DNA of 64,000 bases, taken from assembly GCF_009834535.1 (NCBI RefSeq), contig NC_045697.1, positions 83,702,001-83,766,000 on the forward strand, read 5' to 3'. The notes under the pieces were generated by a model, which saw only the letters and a program-made list of their open reading frames with translations, was not told the DNA's origin and made no database searches. The DNA is from Camelus ferus (Eukaryota). Shown here in pieces: positions 53,236 to 64,000 of this stretch. Positions within the stretch are counted from its first letter, which is position 1. Each line of letters opens with the position of its first letter. The translations under genes and the position numbers were made by a program.

Positions 53236-54130
53236 CCCACTAAGATACCTGTTCTTATTCTTAAGGTTTTCAACATATAGAAAGAAAACTTTTAATTGTT
53301 CTCAGGAGACAGAGAATAACACAGATAATGAAAACATCAAAGTCCACTGATTTACACACAAGCTTCAATCCCCTGAGTCATTAAAGATTTTATTAGATCT
53401 TCTAAGAAGTAGCAAAATGATGGATCACAATGTGATTCTCAGCTTTACTGTATCCCCAGATCACTCTTAAGAGACATGCCAATAATTAGTGAAATGGCTA
53501 AACAGTTAGCAACAGCGAGACAGAGTAGAAACAAAATGCTTTTTATAATCCCCTAAATGGACAATCAGCCACTAAATAATTAAGGTTTGACTATGCAGTA
53601 GATGTAAATTATGCCTAACAAATCCCTTCTGCTCAGCCCTTTCATTATATCATGCAAAATGGGTTGTATAGAGGAAGTCTTTCCACAGATGGCTCACAGT
53701 AGAGGGTGTGCGGGAGTTTCAGTGGGGACTCTAAATGAATTAAGTGGTCTAAATACAGAGAAGAGAAAAAGGATAATTAGAAAGATGGTTGGCTAGTACT
53801 GAAGTCTCTAATACCTCTTCAGAGACTCCCTTTATGTTATCTTTATTCCTATAGAGAAATGGTAACAAATCAAATAGACTAACTACATCCACAAAAGGCA
53901 CTTTACAGCTGTACAAGTATCCCTAAATGGAACTTAACTTAAGTGCGGTAAATCAAAGCTTTTTACCTCATCGAGTCACAACCCACTATTTTCTTAATGA
54001 ACAGAGCTGCCTATTGGGTCTTCCCACTTTGAATCTCTGAAGACATGAAATGTATATTGCTAACCCACTAACAATTTCCTATCACATTTTCTAAAATTTT
54101 TAAGTTAAATGTATCCAAAATGTTTTTACT

Positions 54131-54192
<62 letters not shown>
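54131..54192. repeat. Compound (TG)n(AG)n microsatellite
   Basis: Directly visible. Confidence 0.95.
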
Positions 54193-54194
<2 letters not shown>

Positions 54195-54672
54195 GTTCCA
54201 GTCCAGCAATCAGTCAGGAAGTTGGAAAAGCAAATTTACCTTAACTTCTAAGATCTATTTCCTGCAACATATGACCATTGTTTGCATTCAAGATCCCAAA
54301 ATTTATGAGAAGAAATCAAGACTGTACTTTTGATGTTACTTTTTATAGCAGGATTCATGCCTTTTATATTTAAATGCAATTGCCAGTTTAGATAAAATCT
54401 ATTTTATAGATACCATAGTGTCTGAAAACATTTCCTCTTCTCATGAAACAATTGTGTATTTTAATTTATAATTTTAGTTATTATTTTTAAGTGGAGCTGC
54501 TTGAGTTAAAGTGTCACACGATTTTGGAGTGTAATCAGTAACATCCGAAGGATGAGCAGCAGCAGGATCACTGACAACATTCAGGCTACACAATGAGGTT
54601 ATCTTTAATCGGGGTGTGGAGTCTTTTTTATTGAAGGCTCTGCTATCGTTGTCTTCATTCCAGTGGTGCCAG

Positions 54673-55187
54673 TGTTGACTGAAATAAACGCACAGCCAAA
54701 AAGTTGAGTTGTGTTTTATTTGGCAGGCATTTCTGAGGGCGCAAACCTCTTTGAGCCCTGGATAACAGCCTCCCAGATCACTCTGAGGGACTGCTCCAAA
54801 GAGGTAGGGGAGGAGCCAGGATATATAGGAGTTTTACAACAAAGACCAGATAGTTGGAACATTAAAAGATTATTTTTAATTAACTGAAGAAAACCAGACA
54901 TGTCAAATTAAAGAATGTAGTGTTTTTCTGTGTATGGGAGGGAGCAAATGTATGGGCGTATGGGCTTATTGAATTCATTCCTTTGACAAGCATCTAGCTA
55001 TCTAGGACCAGTATCCTGTCCTTTCTTATTCTGAGTCCCCTCAGGTTGCACCATTATGGGTGGCTGGAGGCCAGGCTGCAGGCTTGTCTTCATTTGCGGA
55101 GGGGGGGGGGGGCGGCAGCCACTGATGACTTGATGGCTTCAGCATTCTTTGTTTACTGATAAAGGTTTGCAGTATTTTCCCTTCATA
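54673..55187 (-). mobile_element. ERV1-like solo LTR (515 bp) with 4-bp TSD
   Basis: Starts TGTTGACTGAAA and ends CCTTCATA (CA mutated to TA). TSD CCAG at 54669-54672 and 55188-55191. TATA-like and AATAAA motifs on the minus strand. Confidence 0.8.
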
Positions 55188-55454
55188 CCAGTCATCTTCT
55201 GTTATTGGCTCTTTCCTCCCATGGAGCTCAGCCCTAAAATAGAAACTTTCGCAGGAAAAAGAGAACAAAGAAAGAGATAGAGGGGTACGTCCTTGGGATT
55301 GATGCGGCAGTCGTGGAACATAAAACATCCTGTTGTGTGGCTGTGTCCTTGGAACCGAGGAGCCAGCTGCGGGATAAGAGAAAATGTCCTGTTTTTCAAC
55401 AGGGTGGTGTTTTTTGCCCCTTGTTGATAACCAGCCAGAGTCAGCCAGCCTGCC

Positions 55455-56227
55455 TCTTTCCTTAAACATCGTGAACCAACCTCTGCTTGCATCAAACCTT
55501 TTCTTCTGCAGCTTCCTGACCTCTCTCAGCCTAGATAGGGTCTTGCTCTGGATTAGGCTGTAGCTTAATGGAATGTTGTGGCTGGTTTGATCTTCTATCC
55601 AGACCACTAAAACTTTCTCCGTATCAGCTTTCTTATCATTTGTGTGTTCACAGGAGTAGTCCTTCAAGAAAGCCTCCCTTGTGTTCACAATGTGGCTAAC
55701 CATATAGCGCAAGGGGCCTAGCTCTTGGCCTGTCTTGGCTTTCTACGTGCCTTCCTAACTAAGCTTAATCACTTCTAGCTTTTTATTTAAAGTGAGCAGT
55801 GTGGACTCTTCCTTTCATTTGAACACTTAGAGGCGATTGTAGGGTTATTAATTGGCCTAGTTTCAATGCTGTTGTGTCTCAGGGAATAAGGACGCCAGTA
55901 GAGAGGAAGAGAGACAAAGGAATGGACAGTCGGTGGAACAGTCAGAATACACATTTATTAAGTTTGCCATCTTTATGAGTGTGGTTTATGGTGCCCCCTG
56001 CTCCAAACAATTACCGTAGTAATATCAAAGATCACTGATCATAGATCGCTATAACAAGTATAATAATAATGAGAAAGTTTGAAATATTACGAGATTTACC
56101 AAAATGAGACACAGAGAAACAAAGTTAGCAAATGCTGTTGCCAATAGACTTGCTTGACACAGGTTTGCCACAGTTATATTTGAAGCACAACAAAGCAAAG
56201 TGTAATATATAAAACAAGGTATTCCTG
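55455..56227 (-). mobile_element. Tigger1 DNA transposon 5' fragment with degenerate transposase
   Basis: Terminus ...AAAACAAGGTATTCCTG|TA. Translation EKVLVVWIEDQTSHNIPLS.SLIQSK and FDASRGWF..FKER is typical of Tigger1/CENP-B-type HTH. Confidence 0.88.
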
Positions 56228-56764
56228 TACCAAGAATAACCTCGGTAACACTTTTGAGAACCTGAGGTTTTACTAATTCAGACTGCATAACCATCATAAT
56301 TCATAGAGTGAAATTAAATTTATATTGATATTACCTTTTTTTAAAAAAAAATGTACTTTAGAAATTAAGCATATAAACCTGCCTACAAAAAGCATTTTAT
56401 AATATTTATCTTTTCAACCACCTCTATAAAACAATTATATGTTGGCAGTTACCTCTGAAACTGGCCATAGGAAAAAATTCAATAATCATTTGTTGAAAAA
56501 ATGAAAATTTTAAATTGTCATCACAAAGCAGCTTAATCCATTAATGAAGCAATGGGTCTTCTGTGATCCTCTCCTAGATGGATTCTAGCTATTGTGTGTA
56601 CTTCAAAGTTATAAAAGTATGTTTTAAAGAATTAGTCTATAAATCATGTTCTTCTACATCTAAATACCTATAGGAAGTCTAAATTAATAATGTTCCTCTT
56701 GATAAAAATAAAGAAATTTTACGAATAGAATAAGAAGACTTTATTGGCTATTTCTCAAATAATT

Positions 56765-59530
56765 CTTTTCAATTTCTTTTTACCTTTTGATCCCCTTCAC
56801 CCATTTCTCCCGTCCCTATCCCTCACCTCTGGCAACCATCAATCTGTTCTCTGCATCTATGAGCTGTTTTGTTTCTTTGTTTTTTAGATTCCACATATAA
56901 GAGAGATCATACCAATGTTTCTCTCTGTTTGACTTATTTCACTTAGGATAATACCCTAATGGTCCATCCATGTTGTTGCAAATGGCAAGATTTCTTTTTT
57001 TCATTTTTCTGTGGCAGAATAATATTTATATGTATGTGTGTATATATATATAAACATCTTCTTTATCTATTCATCTATCAATGGATGGTTGGGTTGTTCC
57101 CACATGTTAACTATTGTAAATAATGCTGCAATGAAGGTAGAGTTGTTTATCTTTTTGAATTAGTGTTTTCATTTTCTTCAGCTAAATACCCAGAAGTGGA
57201 ATTGCTATATTGTATGTTAGTTCTATTTTTAGTTTTTTGAGGAAACTCCAAACTGTTTTCCAAAATGGCTACATCAATTTACATTGCTACCAACAGTGCA
57301 TGAGGGTTCCCCTTTTTCCACATCCTCGTAACACTTGTTATAGCTTGCCTTTTGATAACACCCATTCCAACAGGTGTGAGGAGATATCTCATTGTGGTTT
57401 TGATTTGCATTTCCCTGATAATTAACTATGTGGAGCATCTTTTCATGTACCTATTGGCCATCTATATGTCTTCTTTGGGAAAATGTCAATTTAGCTCTTC
57501 TGCCTATTTTTTAATCAGATTTTTTTTTCTTTTTTTTTTTTTTGCTGTTGAGTTGTATGAGTTCTTTATATTTTCTAGATATTAGCTTCTTATTAGGTAG
57601 ATGATTTGCAATTATTTTCTCCCTGTCAGTAGGTTGCCTTTTCATTTTGTTGATCGTTTCCTTTGCTGTGTAGAAGCTTTTTAGTGTGATGTAGTTCCAC
57701 TTATTTATTTTTGCTTTTGTTGCTTTTGCTTTTGATGCCAGATTTTTTTTTAAAAAAATTATTGCCAAGATCTATGTCAAGGGGTTTATCAAGTATGTTT
57801 TATTCTAGGAGTTTTATGGTTTCAGGTCTTATGTTCATGTCGTCAACCCATTTTGAGTTAATTTTTATGATGGTATGAGATAATGGTCAAGTTTCATTCT
57901 TTTGCATATGATTGTCCAGTTTTCCCAACAACACTTACGGAAGACACTGTGCTTTCCCCATTGTATATCCTTGCTCCTTTGTCATAAGTCAATGGTCCAT
58001 ATATGTGTTGGTCTATCTCTGAGATCTCTATTTTGTCCCATTGATTTATGTGTCTGGTTTTATCCCCACTTAGTACTATACTATTTTGATTACTGTAGCT
58101 TCGTAATATAGTTTGAAATCAGTGTACATGATGCCCCTTGTTTTGTTCTTCTTTTTCAAGATTGCTTTGGCTATTCAGGTTTTTCTGTGATTCCATACAA
58201 ATTTTAGGATTGTTTCTTCTGTTTCTCTGAAAAATGTCACTGGAATTTTGATAAGGATTAGATTGAATCTACAGATTGCTTTGGGTAGTATAGACATTTT
58301 AATAATATTGATTCTTCCAATCCATGAACATGGACTATCTTTCCATTTATTTGTGTCTTCTTCAATTTCTTTCATTAATGTCTTAAAATTTTCAATATCT
58401 AGGTCTTTCACCTTTTTGGTTAAATTTATTCCTAGGAATTTTATTCTTTTTGATATAATTGTAAATGGGATTTTCTTTATTTCTCTTTTTGTTAGTTTCT
58501 TATTAGTGTACAGAAACACACCAAATTTTTGTGTATTGATTTTTTATCCTGCAACTTTACTGAACTTGTTTATTAGCTCTAACGGTTTTTTGATGGAGTG
58601 TTTAGGGTTTTTTTTTTTAATGTATAATATTATGTTTTCTGTAAATAGTGACAGTTTCACTTCTTCCCTTCCAATTTGGATGCTTTTTATTTCTTTTCCT
58701 CACCTAATTGCTCTGGATAGGGCTTCCAATAGTATGTTGGAAAAAAATGGTGACAGTGGGCATCCTTGTCTTGTTTCTGATCTTAGAGGAAAGACTTTTA
58801 GCTTTTCACCATTGAGTATGATGTTAACTGTGAGCTTGTCATGTATGGTCTTTATTATCTTGAGTATGTTCCCTCTATACCTACTTTGTTAAGAGTTTTT
58901 GTTATACATGGATATTGAATTTTGTCAAATGCTTTTTCTGCATCTATTGAGATGATCATATGATTTTACCCTTCATTTTGTTAATCTGGTATATATCACA
59001 TTGACTGCATTGCAGATGTTGAATGATCTTTGCACATCTGGAAAAAATCCTATTTGATCACGATGTATGAGTCTTTAAATGTATTGTTGAATTTTTCAGT
59101 TTGCTAATATTTTCTGAGGATTTTTGCATCTATGTTCATCAATAACATTGACCTGTAGTTTTCTTTTCTTGTGTCATCCTGTCTGATGTTGATATTGAGG
59201 TAATGCTGGCCTCATGAAATGAGTTTGAGAAGGATTGATATTAATTCTTTGAATGTTTGGTAGAATTCACCAGTGAATTTTTTGACATTTGTTTATTGGG
59301 AAGTTTTTGATTACTAATTCAATCTCCTAAGTAGTTAATCAGTCTGTTTATATTTTCTGTTTCACCATGTTTTAGTCTTGGTAGGTTGCATGTTTCTAGG
59401 AGTTTATCCATTTCTTCTAGGTTATCCAGTTTGCTGACATATAATTATCATAGTATTTTTATTTCTGTGATATCAGTTGTAATATCTCCCCTTTCATTTC
59501 TGATTTTATTTAATTCAGCCTTCTCTCTTT
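56765..59530 (-). mobile_element. LINE-1 fragment (~2.8 kb; ORF2 3' half and 3' UTR), degenerate
   Basis: ORF2 remnants [53 protein letters not shown] and [30 protein letters not shown]; many stops and frameshifts. Confidence 0.95.
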
Positions 59531-62500
59531 TTGAATCTTAAGCATACTGAAATCAAGAAAGAAAAAGTAGTTGGAACTGACTAATTTCAGTGGTTGCACA
59601 CTGACAAGAGATTCTAGGAATTCCTGTACCTTGGACCTATTCTAGTGTTGTTCCTTAGCTCCTGTCTATTCCTGAAGCTATTTTACAAATGTGCCATCAA
59701 ATTTGTGATTTCTCTTTCCAACAAATTCTCCTATTTGCTAGATTTAGCCAGAGTTGTTTTTTTGTTTGTTTGTTTGTTTGTTTTTTTGCCTACAGCAATA
59801 ATTGCATTCAAAATTTTCCATATTTTAGAATATTTTCTTAGGATAGATTTGCTAGCATTAGTATTATTGAGTAAAATTTCTTGGTGGTTTTTTGGTCTTT
59901 GATATAAATATCTTTCCTTGTGTTTCCAGAGGCCAAACTAAACAAAAAATCTTACTTCTTTAGTGATACGAACATTCTGATATCTGCAGGAAATGGCAAA
60001 AATAATTGCTTTTGTTAAGAGGTATGTACTTTAGAAAAAGAAAAGGGAATTACTTTTTTAATTCCTATGCCTTTCTGTGCTAATAGGCAGCTATTGTTGT
60101 AATTGTTCTAATGAAATAATTGTAACTAGATCCATTAGTAAAGATAACTTGCCAACAATAAAATTAAGACAATAGCTTCATACCAAAAACAGATAAGCAT
60201 GTGCATCGGTGTGTGGTGTGGCTGTGTTGAGAGAGATGGAAGGGGTCTGGAAGGGGAAGGGTAGAGTGAAAAAGAGAGAAAAGAGGGATAATAGAAATGT
60301 GCAGGCATTGGTACATTAACAAGCTCACCTCTCAGGGATGCATGAAACAAAGTCTTCGGTTGTAAGACTGACTGATTTTGATGATTCTTTCTCTACTGTT
60401 TCCAACCCAACTTGTAGTTCTTTTTATGAATATTAAAAAGTTACTCCTGTTATTTTGTATTTAAATTCATTACTCTGCTTTGGAGGTCCAGTTACTAACA
60501 ATGAATACAGTTGTGGATCTTAATAAATATTTGTTTAGAATCTATTCTAATTCCATTCCCCCATTTACCTTTGGGAACTTCTGTTAAACACTGTGACAAA
60601 TGCCTAAGAATTGTTGGGGGTGGGGAGCCAGACGAGGTTTGACCTTGGTCATCTTATTATTATTTCTTTGTAGCCTTGCTCCTCCAAAAAACAAGACTAA
60701 GCAGTTTATCTTTGAATTGTTGAGAATTCTTCATTTTCAGAAATTTTGAATTACATGTTATGCATTGTCCAAGGATAATTTCTATGGTGTGGGAGGTTTA
60801 ACTTATTAAGAATAAAGCAAGTGAAGTCTGTATTAGATGAAAAACATATTTGTGACTTTCAATGAAGTTCAGGGCAACCACTTTCTAAAGTCATTAGCAG
60901 TGCTACTTGGTTTAAAGAATTATGTCCCTCTCATATTTTTTAAAACAAAACTCTTTAGTTCACTTGGAAAGAAAAAATATGTATTTTCTATACAGGCTTT
61001 GAGATTCATATTTCTTTTTTGTATAGATTTAGCTCAAGATGTGACACATTCAATATTTTAAAGGCTAATAAAAATATGACACTTGCAAGTTTTTAAACTT
61101 GGGCTTCTTTACAAATTTTTCAATATTTTGTCATATGTTTTTTTTATCGTATCAAATCGGGAAACAAAGAATCTTACAGTTTATTCACATAATAGTCATT
61201 TACTCATATAAGACATTTATTGAGCGCATACTATGTACCTGTGAATAAAACAGAGAATGAAAGAAATGTCCTGTTCTGGTGCTTACAGTCTAGTGAAGGA
61301 TGGCATACAAAAAATATAAAACATATAAATATATTATAAGCCAGGTGATAAATGTTATAAAAAGAAAATAAAGCAGGACAAAAGGACAGTAACAACAGAG
61401 GTGACTATGCTATTTTATATAGTTTGCTCAGGACCTTCACTGATACAGTTTATAGTCTCCTTCTAGAGATCAATATAATTTAAGGGTCATGCTAATAATT
61501 CCAATGCCTAGATTTCAAAGAATCTACCATATCTAATATTTAATGCACACACACAGACACATATATTCCTTAGAAAAGATGTTTTGTCATATTTGACCAG
61601 ATGATGAATTACATATTCAAGCACAATGCTATTTGGTAGTATATGAATTATGAAATGAGGTTAATTAATATGGTTTACTTTTTGAGATACTAGAAGTCCT
61701 TTACTTAAAAGCAAATTGTGTTGTTAAAGTTCATTTATGTATATGCATTTGGATCTCTGAATACATTTTCCCACAGAAACAATATCAAGTATAAGGATAT
61801 ATATCCAAGCTTATTACTTAGCTGAAATATAGTTTATTGAAATAGTAGAAAATAATATTATCTCCAATTAGAGTATTGAATAAAGTAGAAAGTCTATATG
61901 AAAAAATCAGATTCTTTTTCTTGAACAATGATACTGCAGAATATCAGGTTCATTAAGAGGAAAACAAAGAGAAAACAAAGAGGCTATTGAGGGGATTAAG
62001 GGGCATGAAAGCCTGAGGTTGCTGAAATTGATTATTTTTATATATAATTGTATGTTAAAGTTACAATTTTCTTTAACTTTTAAGAAGCCATGTCATTTAA
62101 GGCACAAGTAGAGCTGATTTTTCTCTTGCAAATTAAGAAGAGACAAAAAGAAGGTAGGACTCCTTTTAGTTTTGGAAATAATCAAAGAGGCAGGAAAAAG
62201 CTTATAAGAATTTTACATTTTAGCTTTATTTGAAATAACATAGCTGGAAATGAACTCAATGTCCAAAGCAATAAAAGGGTAAAGAAATTTAGAATTGGAA
62301 TATATTGAACCCACCAAAGGGAAAATTTCTGAAGAATATTTAATGAAGTAGGGAAAAAACAAAATAAGTTCACTGGGGAAAAAAGCTAGTAACAAGCTAT
62401 ATGACACTATACAGATTTTTCTATAAATTTTTCAACCAAAAATTTGAAAGTATTATCTCTGGGTATAGAATAATTGGTATTTTAAAGTCCCCGCCCCAAC

Positions 62501-63094
62501 ATTTTTTATTTCTAAAATCTGCATTGTTAATTTTTATATTTTTTAAATATATATATTTTATATATTTTAAAGAGTATGAGTTGCATTAGTAGGAAAAGTA
62601 AATAAGGAAAGGGTTTTAGAATAACTGTGTTAAACATATTTTCAAAAATGTACAGGGAAAATAATAGTCCTAAGAAAGAAATAACTGAAAAAGTTCTGTT
62701 TTTACTACATTCTTCCCTAAATGAAAGAAACAGCCTCACGTTAAAGACACTATGTGCAAAAATTCATGTTGGCCTCAGATTTCAGGACCTTTGTAACAGG
62801 TTCCTATATCACATTCTATTTTACTACCTGGTGTGGGCCCTATTTTCCTGACTGGATCCTGACTAATTGTGGTACTTTTCTTCTAAGAAGCAGTACTTCC
62901 TGAATAACAAAAATTAGATGTGCAAAAACCCCTAACTGTATATTGATCACTCCTCTGTCTCTTCCTGGGTACCAAACACCGCCTGCTCTTGCCTTTGTGC
63001 AATGTCTCCCCTTTGCATCTGCTGCTGGCTATCTTCAGTGAGAAACCAGGGGCCCACCAAGGATAAAATCCGGACTGAGATCAAAAAAGACTTT

Positions 63095-63285
63095 GATACT
63101 ATATATAAAATAGATAAACAACAAGGTCCTACTGTATAGCACAGGAAACTATATTCAATATCTTGTAATAACTTACAATGAAAAAGAATATATATATAAA
63201 TAAATGTATAACTGAATCACTATGCTGTGCACCAGAAACTAACACAACATTGTAAATCAACAGTACTTTAATAAAAGAAAAAAAC
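63095..63285 (+). mobile_element. Short L1 3' UTR fragment
   Basis: ATAAACAACAAGGTCCTACTGTATAGCACAGG..ACTATATTCAATATC...GAAACTAACACAACATTGTAAATCAAC plus A tail. Confidence 0.8.
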
Positions 63286-64000
63286 ATCTTTTTTTAAGTT
63301 TGACTCTATCTCAGAAAGATTATGGAGAAAAAAAACCCTCTCTTAAAAGTTGTCCAAAATTTCAAAACAGGAGCAGCATGTTCCAGAATACAGTGCCTGT
63401 TCCTACACGCTACTGTCAGTGTTATACATAGTCAGGACCATCTGATCTAGGTTCTGTGTTTCCGCTGGGCAGCAAAAATTATTACTGGCACTTTAATCTT
63501 AAATAAGTCCCACTGAATTGTAGAAATCACAAGATAATTTTCATACATTTCTTTGTATTTTGAAGTTTCTTTAAATGAGCCTTAAGAAGCAGCAAACTTT
63601 ATTTAAAAATCATGTGCAAGGTTTCTAAAAAAATGTCAGACTCAACAGATTACTCTGTTCAAAACATTGAAACAGAAACATAGTTCCCCCTATAATTCTT
63701 TCTCTTATTACCTTTCTAAATTGAAAAGAAAGACAACATAATAGTAAAAATTAGTTCCAGTAAAGATAAAAGGTTTAAAGAAGTGTCCTTCATTTTGTTT
63801 TACCAGTACACAGAGAACTCAGTATTTCACTTGGTGGGCCAGTGTGAGAGAGGTGAGATTCAAAGCCGCCCTTGGTCTGAAACATCACTGCCTCAAGGCT
63901 GTGTACTTCCTTTTACGACCCTTGTGGTGGAACATGAACAATTACCTGGATGTCAAAGTGGTGTAGAACCAGATAGGATGATTTCTAGAATCGAAACCAA

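Noticed and set aside
55041..55712. 223-aa ORF as a domesticated Tigger (TIGD-like) gene
   Set aside because: It is a chimera of a deleted, frameshifted Tigger1 fragment, unidentified DNA and an LTR, with a non-ATG start and no DDE domain.
57210..58892. Plus-strand hydrophobic ORFs (e.g. 214 aa at 58248)
   Set aside because: Antisense readings of L1 ORF2 remnants.

Overview
Mammalian genomic DNA, most likely camelid: it carries about 8 copies of a short tRNA-derived SINE resembling my recollection of Vic-1. The window holds the 5' part of PRSS12 (neurotrypsin/motopsin) on the minus strand. That comprises a CpG-island promoter and coding exons 1-4 (502, 139, 179 and 151 nt, all GT-AG, phases 1/2/1/2), encoding the signal peptide, Pro-rich region, kringle, SRCR1 and the first half of SRCR2. 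I did not find exon 5, so it presumably lies beyond position 1. The ~35 kb upstream is gene-free and repeat-rich: L1 fragments, ERV solo LTRs with TSDs, MLT1, Tigger/MER DNA transposons, MIRs, a U6 pseudogene and microsatellites. The most striking signal is a pair of mutually compensating frameshifts in exon 1 (+1 at ~28129, -1 at ~27801). They keep the ORF open and the exon length unchanged but rewrite 109 codons, including half of the kringle; an assembly error is more likely than real biology. Also notable are an overlapping strong-Kozak uORF, an unusually CpG-dense exon 4 and several clean nested insertions. I do not find convincing evidence of a wholly new biological system. Repeat family names and human comparisons come from memory, not from a database search.
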